64,000 bases of DNA from Nitrospinaceae bacterium UBA7883 (GTDB lineage Bacteria; Nitrospinota_A; UBA7883). The position numbers were made by a program, and so were the translations under genes. Under the pieces are notes generated by a model. The model had not been told where the DNA came from. It saw only the letters and a program-made list of their open reading frames with translations, and searched no databases. The stretch covers positions 47,866 through 111,865 of the forward strand of contig DLRR01000021.1 of NCBI GenBank assembly GCA_002500605.1. The letters are read 5' to 3'. Positions 17,090 through 25,972 of the stretch are shown piece by piece (the stretch's first letter is position 1; each line of letters opens with the position of its first letter).

Positions 17090-19059
17090 CAAGACTCTTT
17101 TGAATAAGTTTTTGGAAGTAATATCATCAATGTAGTTCCCCATCCTTCTTTTGAATAAACTTGTATTGTGCCCATGTGCTGGTCGACGATTCTATGGACA
17201 ACAGATAACCCAAGGCCTGTACCATCGGGTTTGGTTGAATAAAATGGATCGAAAATCTTTTCCACGCTACCACCGGGTATCCCATGCCCAGTATCACATA
17301 CAGAAATCTCTATAAATTCCCTGTCGTCTGACGAGACCGATTCTTTATTAGTAGTAGTAAAACATGTGTCCCTCAGTTCACAGCAAAAATGCTCATCACC
17401 TGTACGTACAGAGATGTTAATGGCTCCACCATTAGCCGTTGCTTGAATCGAATTTAAAATCAGGTTGACTATTACCTGCTTTATTTGCTGGGGATCAACC
17501 ATGACATTATTCAGATTGTCCTCAAAAACCTCGTTGAGTTCAATTTTCTTTTCTTTTGCTTGAATTTTTAGAAAAAACACAACATCGCGCACAAGTTCAC
17601 AAATATCACATGGAGCTAGATCAATATCCCTAATAACCGCAAAGTTATTGAATTTTTTAAGAAAACTATTAAGCCTGTCTACTTCAGAAACAATCTTTGC
17701 AAAATGACTAGATTTATCTGTGTGATATTCTGTCTCCTCAGAAAGCGCCTGCGCCACTGTTTTGATAGATGCCAAGGGGTTGCCAATCTCATGTGCAAGA
17801 CCCATTGAAAGCTCACCTAGTGAAGCTAGTTTATCCTGTTTATAAAGTTCCCTTTCTAGCTGTCTAATCTCTGCAACTGAGTTTCGCAGTTCTTCCTCCT
17901 TAGTGGCATTGGCACTCAATAATGAAGCCTGATGACTTTTAAGCTGGAGTTTCATTCTGTTATAGCGACTAACAAGGTCTTCAAGCTCATCTCCAGTTCT
18001 GACGTCTAGAGTACTGTCCATTTGTCCCTCCGCAACCAAAAGCACATCTTCAGACAATGCCTCGATCGGCCTAGTAAAGCGTCTTCCAAAGAAAACCGCT
18101 GCAAGTACAGCGAAAACTGCGGCTCCAAACAGGGCTATCATTAAGTTAAGTGTAAAAACATTCAGTTTGGGATCAAAGTGTGATTTCGGTAGTACCGTAA
18201 CCAGTCGCCAAGGTGGAAGGTTAAAGTTGCCGTCATCTTGAATAAAGAAGTTCGCTAAAACAACATCATCTAAATTAACAATTGTGTTGCCTTCCATCAG
18301 ATTTTGCTTATTAAGGGAAGGATAAAGTTCTTTAAAGCTTACCCCAGAGTTAACATTCACGGGGACTTTCAGCTCATTATTGTTCTTTTCAGTATGTATA
18401 ATCACCCCGTTCTCATCTACCAGGAAAGTTGTAAATGGAGTGCCTGGAAGTTGCATCCATTTAAAAAATTGTTTTGCAAACATATTGAGAACCACTATCC
18501 CCTGTTTTCTTTCGTTGTAATAAACAGGTGTTACAATTCGAATTACCATTTGTTTTGGTAATTCAAGTTTGCCGTGCTCCAAATTAAAGTCCATGGCGGA
18601 AAAGTAAACAGAGCCTTTTTTTATGGTTACGCCCTTTTGGAAATAGTATCGATTCCCTTTATATTGGAGGTTGGCTTCTGGGGTTAGGAAAAATAAATTG
18701 TTTCTGAAGTTAGACCTTATAACCTCATGTCCCAAATCACCAAGATACCTAACCTGATAGTACTCTGGCCTGCTTTTGCTAAACTCTAAAACTTCTCGTT
18801 TGGCATTTATTATGTTCGCAGGTGCATATGAAACCATTTCTGATAGATATGTAACGTCTTTTACCACCCTGCGAAGATTGTTTTGTATCTGGATTTTTTG
18901 CAGATTGGCGCTGGCTTGTAAACTTGAAGTGGAGCTAGTTTCAAGTGTGTTTAATGTCATTGCAATTCCAATTACGCTCACCACCACAATTGGAATTAGG
19001 CAAACACCTAGAAACACTAGGATTAGTTTGGCGGTAATACCTATTCTTGGAAGTTCCAT
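17089..19059 (-). CDS. Sensor histidine kinase with large periplasmic (Cache-like) domain and HAMP
   Basis: Two TM helices about 270 aa apart, HAMP (RPI..L...V..G.L...GDELEDL), AHEIGNPL H-box, N, DTGHG and GTGLGL boxes. Confidence 0.93.
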   Translation of the reverse strand: MELPRIGITAKLILVFLGVCLIPIVVVSVIGIAMTLNTLETSSTSSLQASANLQKIQIQNNLRRVVKDVTYLSEMVSYAPANIINAKREVLEFSKSRPEYYQVRYLGDLGHEVIRSNFRNNLFFLTPEANLQYKGNRYYFQKGVTIKKGSVYFSAMDFNLEHGKLELPKQMVIRIVTPVYYNERKQGIVVLNMFAKQFFKWMQLPGTPFTTFLVDENGVIIHTEKNNNELKVPVNVNSGVSFKELYPSLNKQNLMEGNTIVNLDDVVLANFFIQDDGNFNLPPWRLVTVLPKSHFDPKLNVFTLNLMIALFGAAVFAVLAAVFFGRRFTRPIEALSEDVLLVAEGQMDSTLDVRTGDELEDLVSRYNRMKLQLKSHQASLLSANATKEEELRNSVAEIRQLERELYKQDKLASLGELSMGLAHEIGNPLASIKTVAQALSEETEYHTDKSSHFAKIVSEVDRLNSFLKKFNNFAVIRDIDLAPCDICELVRDVVFFLKIQAKEKKIELNEVFEDNLNNVMVDPQQIKQVIVNLILNSIQATANGGAINISVRTGDEHFCCELRDTCFTTTNKESVSSDDREFIEISVCDTGHGIPGGSVEKIFDPFYSTKPDGTGLGLSVVHRIVDQHMGTIQVYSKEGWGTTLMILLPKTYSKES

Positions 19060-19184
19060 ACTGTTGAAAAAGCCCTTAAATGCACCATTGTGCCATTTTA
19101 TCAGTAGTATCTTTTCAAAACTACTATAGTGTGGTCATATACCTAGCTAGAGTAAATACTATTAATTCAAAATGTTGTAATGAT

Positions 19185-19871
19185 ATGGATGATTTTTTTA
19201 ATTTAGCCGGATTTTTATCCCACCGGTCTACTATGGGATCCGATATCAGTTATCTCCTTTCTACTGCAACAACCATGCTATTTGTTGCATCTGGAATCAT
19301 GGCAAAAAAAAAATCTGGGCTGGCCCATCACTACATGGTGTTGGTATCAGCCTTGGTAATGTTGGGTTACTTTTTGTTCTACTATCAGGTTAGAAAACTA
19401 GGTCTTATAAGTTTTACCGACCAGCTTGGGTTCCACGGACCAGAATGGGTTTACCTTAAAATATTTAGGCCAGCCCTAATGGCTCACTTTCTAACCGTAG
19501 CTTTATCAGTATATCTTGCAATCTATATGATATTAAATGGGTTCTCGAGTGTTTTACGTAAAGGTAACAAAATTGAACTTTGCGATGGGTCAGCAAAATC
19601 ATCCCCTGCTCTGTGGCTCTTGGGAGCATTTTGGCTTATGCTGCTTGTGTATTTTACTTTCTTTACACACAATTTTAGTTCGTTTCATAAAGTTTTGTTT
19701 CTTTTCCTTGGGTATGGTCTGCCAGCTGGACTGACCATTGCCATAAACCTAACCTTTCGCAGAAAAGAGCAAAGACACAGGATGATTGGCAAATTATGCT
19801 TAGTTTTTTTTGTTCTATTGTTTATAACCAACACGCTGGTATATTATTTGCTGTATATGTCGCAATGGTAG
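19185..19871 (+). CDS. DUF420-family membrane protein
   Basis: Multi-TM protein with HHYM, LMAHFLTVAL and HRMIGK motifs. Start moved from 19080 to leave room for the divergent promoter. Confidence 0.6.
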   Translation: MDDFFNLAGFLSHRSTMGSDISYLLSTATTMLFVASGIMAKKKSGLAHHYMVLVSALVMLGYFLFYYQVRKLGLISFTDQLGFHGPEWVYLKIFRPALMAHFLTVALSVYLAIYMILNGFSSVLRKGNKIELCDGSAKSSPALWLLGAFWLMLLVYFTFFTHNFSSFHKVLFLFLGYGLPAGLTIAINLTFRRKEQRHRMIGKLCLVFFVLLFITNTLVYYLLYMSQW

Positions 19872-19891
19872 TATGTTAACTAAGGAGACAA

Positions 19892-21082
19892 TTGAGCAAA
19901 ATGTTTAACAAAATTCTAATCATGTTAGATAACTCTGACTACTCTACATGGGCTCTTGACAGCACGCTCGATATAGCAGATCAGTTTGGCTCCAATCTTA
20001 CTGGTGCACATGTATATGCTGCACGCCTTCACGAGACCCGTTTTGTACAGATGGAACCTGGGTTGCCCGCAGAGTTCCAAGACCCTGTAAAATTACAAGA
20101 GCAACGAGACATTCATTCTGAATTAATAGAACACGGCTTACACATAATATCCGACTCGTACCTTGATGTTTTCCGCGACAGATGTAGTCAGCGTGGAATA
20201 AGCCATGACAGTAAATCGATGGAGGGGCGAAATTACTCTGAACTTGTGCGGGATATACGAAACGTCAAGTACGATCTTGTAGCAATGGGAGCAAAGGGAC
20301 TTGGCGAGGTTAAGACCAGCCAACTTGGAAGCGTTTGTGAACGAGTAACGAGACGAGTACAAGTAGACACTTTGGTTATAAAACGCCCACTGAAATTAAA
20401 AAATGGGCATGTAGTAGTGGGCATAGATGGTTCTGAGCAATCGTTTGCAGCAATGCACTCAGCCATTCAAATGAGCAAAAGGCTAGACTGCAAAATTACT
20501 GCGTTAACTGTGTTTGACCCTGATTTTCATTCTAAAGTATTCAACTCTATCTCCAGTGTGCTTAGTAAAGAAGCAAGTGACACCTTTAAGTTTGAACAAC
20601 AAGAACAATTGCATGACCAGATAATTGACTCGGGTCTCGAAAAGATCTATCGAGATCATCTTGAAAAAGCAAAGCTTTTAGCTGAAGAAGCAGGTGTTCA
20701 GATTGAGTCTTTCGTCCTTGCTGGAAAGGCATATGATGAAATACTAAAATGGCTTAATGGTAAGGATATCGCGCTGCTCATTTTGGGTAAAATTGGAGTG
20801 CACGGCGGAAATGAATTAGACATTGGATCAAACGCAGAAAACTTATTGCGTAATGCTAATTGTAATGTGATGTTGGTTAGTCGTAGATCCAAGCCAAAAG
20901 ATGTCTTGCATGACCAAGGAGAAATCGAATGGAGCAATGAAGCTATTGAATTACTAGAGCGGGTTCCTGGGTTTGTTAGGAATATGGTCCGAGGACACAT
21001 GGAATCGCAAGCCAGAATTACTAGAGCATCAATCATTACAGCAGATATGATGAAAGAGGCTAGAAAACAAATGGGCATGTAA
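19892..21082 (+). CDS. Tandem universal stress protein with C-terminal PCP_red-like domain
   Basis: Two USP domains (DLVAMGAKG..LGSVCERV; VGIDGS..LGKIG..IGSNAENLL) and C-terminal WSNEAIELLERVPGFVR; aaggag RBS. Confidence 0.85.
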   Translation: MSKMFNKILIMLDNSDYSTWALDSTLDIADQFGSNLTGAHVYAARLHETRFVQMEPGLPAEFQDPVKLQEQRDIHSELIEHGLHIISDSYLDVFRDRCSQRGISHDSKSMEGRNYSELVRDIRNVKYDLVAMGAKGLGEVKTSQLGSVCERVTRRVQVDTLVIKRPLKLKNGHVVVGIDGSEQSFAAMHSAIQMSKRLDCKITALTVFDPDFHSKVFNSISSVLSKEASDTFKFEQQEQLHDQIIDSGLEKIYRDHLEKAKLLAEEAGVQIESFVLAGKAYDEILKWLNGKDIALLILGKIGVHGGNELDIGSNAENLLRNANCNVMLVSRRSKPKDVLHDQGEIEWSNEAIELLERVPGFVRNMVRGHMESQARITRASIITADMMKEARKQMGM

Positions 21083-21183
21083 AGCTAAGGTGTTGTTGTG
21101 CTACTCCGAATTATGCTAATTGACAAGAAGCTTAAACGTTTATGCTCCATTCATCAAGCATGCTTATTAAATTTATTTAATAA

Positions 21184-22218
21184 ATGAAGAAAGTCTTAGT
21201 AACCGGTGCAAGTGGCTTTGTAGGTTCGCATCTTATTACACGCCTTGCACAAAACGGTTTCGCTACTAGGGCTGTTTATAGAAATCTTCCAAAAGATACC
21301 GTTAATTCAACGGATACTTTGCCTAGTACTGGAAAAGGTTTTGTAGAGGCATTTCTTTTACCTGATGTTTCAAAAAAAGCAGATTTGGATAGGGCAGTTG
21401 AAGGCGTTAATACTATTGTACATTTGGCTGGTTTGGCACATTCTAAGCCAACTATAAAAAGACTGGAAGAGAGTGAACATACTAGAATAAACACTGAGCA
21501 CACAAAATATTGGGCCGAAGCTGCAATAAAGGCTGATGTGAAAAGGTTTATTTATTTGAGCACTATAAAAGTGTTAGGGGAGTTTACTCCCGAGGGGAAA
21601 ACATTTAATGAGCTGTCGGTTCCTTTCCCAAGGGATTCCTATAGTCAGAGCAAGCTAAAAGCAGAAGAAGCGATAAAAAAATTTTGTAAAAATAAGAACA
21701 CAGAATACGTAATACTTCGACCGCCCCTGATTTATGGACCAGGCGCAAAAGGCAACATGAGCAACTTGGTCAACTATGTTAACAAGCGTTTAATCCTGTT
21801 TGTTCCAACGGTAAAAAATAAAAGGAGCATAATTTCAATAAGCAACTTGTCTGATGCCATCACCTCCTGCATAGAACACCCTGCAGCAGCAAACGAAACA
21901 TTCATGGTTAGTGATGGAAGAGATGTTTCCACCGGTGAATTGATCCAGCTTATCTCTGAGGCTTTGGGTGGTATAAAAGTGGCGGTTCCAGTATCTAAGT
22001 TTGCCCTTTTTTTTGTCGGTTTTGTTGGAGATCTTTATTACCATGTAACAGGGAAAAGAAATAATGTAGACTCTGAGGCAATCTTCAAACTGCAAAGCTC
22101 GCTTAGGATAGACGTTAGCAAAATACAAGGGCAACTTGGCTGGGTTGCAAGTGAAACTTTAAAATCCGGGGTTAGCTCTATGGTAACAAAAGATAAATTA
22201 GATCACTGTTCTTCATAG
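21184..22218 (+). CDS. NAD-dependent epimerase/dehydratase
   Basis: VTGASGFVG Rossmann motif, YSQSK catalytic YxxxK, LRPPLIYGPG. Confidence 0.9.
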   Translation: MKKVLVTGASGFVGSHLITRLAQNGFATRAVYRNLPKDTVNSTDTLPSTGKGFVEAFLLPDVSKKADLDRAVEGVNTIVHLAGLAHSKPTIKRLEESEHTRINTEHTKYWAEAAIKADVKRFIYLSTIKVLGEFTPEGKTFNELSVPFPRDSYSQSKLKAEEAIKKFCKNKNTEYVILRPPLIYGPGAKGNMSNLVNYVNKRLILFVPTVKNKRSIISISNLSDAITSCIEHPAAANETFMVSDGRDVSTGELIQLISEALGGIKVAVPVSKFALFFVGFVGDLYYHVTGKRNNVDSEAIFKLQSSLRIDVSKIQGQLGWVASETLKSGVSSMVTKDKLDHCSS

Positions 22219-22991
22219 CTAATCACCACAGATTTAATACTTTTAGCCAGACCAGAGTCGTCGTTTACTTCTATAACTGCTCCATTGAACTGGCCAGGTC
22301 CGGAGGCTTCTTGAAATCGCTCAGGAATCTTTTTTACAAACCGCCTAAGTATAATTTCAGGCCGTACTCCAATAATTGAGTGAATTGGACCTGTCATTCC
22401 CACATCTGTAATGTAGGCAGTACTGCGTGGCATGATATAGGCGTCTGAAGTCTGAACGTGAGTATGTGTTCCAAAGATGGCTGATACACGCCCATCTAAG
22501 TAGTGGCCCATGGCTTGTTTCTCACTTGTGGCCTCTGCATGCATGTCTACAAGTATAATTTTTGATTCGTTTTTGAGTTTGTGAATCTGGTTATCTGCAG
22601 TATGAAAAGGACAATCGACTGAATCCATGAATACCCTTCCTAAGAGGTTTAATACCGCAATTGTTCTCCCATTTCTAGCCTCATATGTTCTCCCGCCGAC
22701 ACCAGGAGCTTCAGCAGGATAGTTAGCTGGACGCAATAGCCGTTTCTCTGTTTCTAACAGTTTCAGTGATTCCTTTTTATCCCATATATGGTTACCAGAA
22801 GTAATTACGTCTACACCTAAACCAAACACTTCTTCGAGTGTATCATGTGTTACGCCTGATCCACCGGCAAGGTTTTCGCCATTGGCAACGACGAAATCAA
22901 TCTTTGCGGAGGTGACAATATTGTTCAACCCTTGACGTAGAACACGTCGCCCGACGCGACCGAACACATCACCAATAACAAGTATTCGCAC
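22203..22991 (-). CDS. ymdB: YmdB-like (TIGR00282) metallophosphoesterase
   Basis: GDVFG, NGEN, SGNHIWD, DMHAEATSEK, GTHTHVQT motifs; directly downstream of rny. Confidence 0.93.
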   Translation of the reverse strand: MRILVIGDVFGRVGRRVLRQGLNNIVTSAKIDFVVANGENLAGGSGVTHDTLEEVFGLGVDVITSGNHIWDKKESLKLLETEKRLLRPANYPAEAPGVGGRTYEARNGRTIAVLNLLGRVFMDSVDCPFHTADNQIHKLKNESKIILVDMHAEATSEKQAMGHYLDGRVSAIFGTHTHVQTSDAYIMPRSTAYITDVGMTGPIHSIIGVRPEIILRRFVKKIPERFQEASGPGQFNGAVIEVNDDSGLAKSIKSVVISYEEQ

Positions 22992-23012
22992 TTTTAACTT
23001 TCCTTGATTGCC

Positions 23013-24581
23013 CTATCTGGCCGCTTCACTAACCCTAGTTTCTCTTATAACAGTAACTTTTATTTCACCAGGGTACGCAAGTTCATCTTCAATTTTGCGG
23101 GCAATGTCCTTGGCTAAGAAAAAAGCTTCAGAGTCTCCCACCGCTTCTGGTTCCACGACAACACGAACTTCTCGACCAGCTTGAATAGCATAAGTCTTTT
23201 CAACCCCACGAAAAGAGTCTCCAATCTCTTCGAGCTTCTGCATTCTATTGATGTAAGTCTGGAGCATCTCGCGTCTTGCACCTGGACGAGATGCAGAAAG
23301 AGCATCGCAAGCAGCGACCAACACTGCTATAACTGACTCTGCAGGAACATCTTCGTGATGGGAAGCAATTCCGTTTAGCACTATTTTTGGTTCATTATAC
23401 TTTCGCCCCAAATCGTAACCAATTTGTGTATGGCTTCCCTCCACGCTCTGATCGACAGCTTTGCCAATGTCATGTAGTAACCCAGCTCGTCTGGCCATTC
23501 TCACGTTTTGGCCAAGTTCAGCGGCTATCATTCCACACATAAAGCCGACTTCTGTAGAATGGGTAAGTACGTTTTGAGAATAGCTGGTTCTGTATTTTAA
23601 TCTTCCCAACAGTTTAATAATTTCTGGATGAATACCGTCGAGACCAAGTTCGAAACAAGCTCGCTCACCATCCTTTTTAATGCCACTGTTAACTTCTTTG
23701 CTAATCTTAGCTACTGTGTCTTCTATTCGCCCTGGATGTATCCTCCCATCCTTAATTAACGAAGATAGTGTTTGTCCTGCGATCTCACGTTTGACCATAT
23801 CAAAACTGGAGAGAACGACTGCATTTGGGGTATCATCAATTATAAGGTCAACTCCTGTTGCAATCTCAAAGGCGCGGATATTGCGGCCTTCTCTGCCAAT
23901 AATTCGCCCTTTCATTTCATCACTTGGGATGTCTAGGACTGAAACAGTGCTTTCAGCAACATAGTCAGACGCACACCGCTGAATAGCACTGGCTATTAAA
24001 TGTCGTGCTTTTTCATTCGCTTCGTTTAATGTGTCTTCTTCTATCCTTTTAAGAGTGTGGACAGACTCGAGTCTGGCTTTCTCAAAAAACTTTTCTTTTA
24101 GTTCAGTTTTGGCTTGTTCAGCGGTCATGTTCGATACTCGGTGCAAAGTTTTTTCCTGCTCTTCTACTAGCTTCTTTACTTCCTCATTTTTTTCCTGGTA
24201 CAAATTTTTAACATCATCAAGATGAGACTCTTTTTTTCCAATTGACAATTCCTTTTGTTCACATCTTTCTATTTTTTTATCTAGAGTCTTTTCACGATCC
24301 AAGAGCCTTTGTTCTGCTTTATCTATTTCCTTTTGTTTTTCCTTCACTTTAACATCAAACTCGTTTTGTCTTTTAATGATTGCTTCTTTAGCGTCTATCT
24401 CGGCTATTTTTTTGATATTTTCTGCAGTTTTCCTGGTTTCTTCAAGAAGCCGATTGGAATCGTCAGTAGTTTGAAGCACCATTTTTGAAAAGCCACGTCG
24501 CTTTATTAACCAGCCAACGCAACCACCAAAAACAACAGCAATGATAAGTTGAAAGAGTGTAGTAAATAATTGAGTTTCCAT
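23013..24581 (-). CDS. rny: Ribonuclease Y
   Basis: N-terminal TM, coiled coil, KH (KGRIIGREGRNIR), HD domain (LLHDIGK), YAIQAGREVRV. Confidence 0.97.
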   Translation of the reverse strand: METQLFTTLFQLIIAVVFGGCVGWLIKRRGFSKMVLQTTDDSNRLLEETRKTAENIKKIAEIDAKEAIIKRQNEFDVKVKEKQKEIDKAEQRLLDREKTLDKKIERCEQKELSIGKKESHLDDVKNLYQEKNEEVKKLVEEQEKTLHRVSNMTAEQAKTELKEKFFEKARLESVHTLKRIEEDTLNEANEKARHLIASAIQRCASDYVAESTVSVLDIPSDEMKGRIIGREGRNIRAFEIATGVDLIIDDTPNAVVLSSFDMVKREIAGQTLSSLIKDGRIHPGRIEDTVAKISKEVNSGIKKDGERACFELGLDGIHPEIIKLLGRLKYRTSYSQNVLTHSTEVGFMCGMIAAELGQNVRMARRAGLLHDIGKAVDQSVEGSHTQIGYDLGRKYNEPKIVLNGIASHHEDVPAESVIAVLVAACDALSASRPGARREMLQTYINRMQKLEEIGDSFRGVEKTYAIQAGREVRVVVEPEAVGDSEAFFLAKDIARKIEDELAYPGEIKVTVIRETRVSEAAR

Positions 24582-25602
24582 AGCGACAGGCCCCTTTCCG
24601 TATTAAACGGACTTATATTGAAGACCCTTAACGAAGGGTCTTGTTAATCCTTTAACAAACGGAAATTCTAACGGTATTGAGCAGAACCAAAGAAAGGTGA
24701 AATCTAAAGATGGATAAGCACAGTGGTAAGACTCATCGTCTGTACCACTTATGGGCAAGAAGCATTTTTTTATCTTGACTCAAATATATTGCCTCTTGCA
24801 GTTCTATCGTCAAGCCCAAAGTTAGCTCGAAATAGAGCATCCTTTTATTATTCACCAGTTACAGTTAATCGGTAATTGAGGCAGCCATACCACACAGAGT
24901 TTCATAAACTGCCTTGATTCACTCGAAACCAAGATCAAATCCCCACTTGTCGAAAGGAAAGATTTATCCAAATCCCTTTCTGCCGAACTAACACGCCAAA
25001 TTCCTATTAAAATAAAAACAGCGAGTCATGTGGAAATGGGCCAAAGTGCCAATATCTTCTTAAGGCCTAGCCGGCCATACCAAACATGGACTCCTTTTAG
25101 TCACCTGTTACTGATAGTAATTTTGGAGTTACTAATTCCACACTAGCTCGGCTCAGAAACGCTCGCTTACTCAGCGCAAACGTTTAGAACTTAAGTGTTT
25201 ATATCACAAGCACGAAGCGCTCTCAAGAAAAATAAATCTAGCACTGATTTTATTTTATGAGCTGGTAAAAAGCTAGTCTTTGTCGAATGACCAAATGTAG
25301 ACAAATTTCTGCGGTTGGCATAAAAAGTCGGCCAGCCATCGAATGGGGTTTCGAAAGCTGGCCTACACCATTAACCCTCCGGGGAGGAGAGTAAAACTCG
25401 AACTTTTGGCAAAGAAAGGGGTGGTCTTTGCATTATCGCCCAAAGGGCTGATCTTGCAGGTGGTGGTCAGTACAGTGGTGGTCTTGGTCTGGCCAATAGT
25501 CCAAGCAGATGCCATTTAATCGAGCCCTTTCAAAAAATAAGTAAGGCTGTCATTTGGAAAAACTGTGTTACCACTCCAATTTTATATTTTCAGCAAAAAT
25601 TA

Positions 25603-25785
25603 TTACTTTATCCCGATCTCAAGTTGTTTTTTCTCGTATCGTTTTAAAAGTTGTTCTATGGCTTCTCGAAACAGTACTGCTTTTGTCACTTGAAGATCTT
25701 TCGCTATACGATTCAATTGGTTAATTTGCCTTTGGTACAGATGTGTTGTAACCGGAACCTTCTTTTCTTCCTGACCTATAGACAT
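25603..25785 (-). CDS. Small ribbon-helix-helix DNA-binding protein
   Basis: VTTHL beta strand, then two helices (QINQLNRIAKDL; KAVLFREAIEQLL). Confidence 0.75.
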   Translation of the reverse strand: MSIGQEEKKVPVTTHLYQRQINQLNRIAKDLQVTKAVLFREAIEQLLKRYEKKQLEIGIK

Positions 25786-25939
25786 ATAACTTAAATATAT
25801 ACCAATATTGTTATTTTAAACTGTTGCTAGATATTGTGACATATTTACTAAGTTTGTCAAGTGTTTTAGTCAAGCAGCCTTGTTTATGTCCGTAGAACAG
25901 TCTATGCTAAGAAAAATTAATACATAGAATAAACTGGGC

Positions 25940-25971
25940 AGACAAAAGGGTAGACAAAAGGGTAGACAAAA
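25940..25971. repeat. 12-bp tandem repeat (agacaaaagggt) x about 2.7
   Basis: Seen directly, immediately before the GTG at 25973. Confidence 0.85.
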
Positions 25972-25972
25972 A

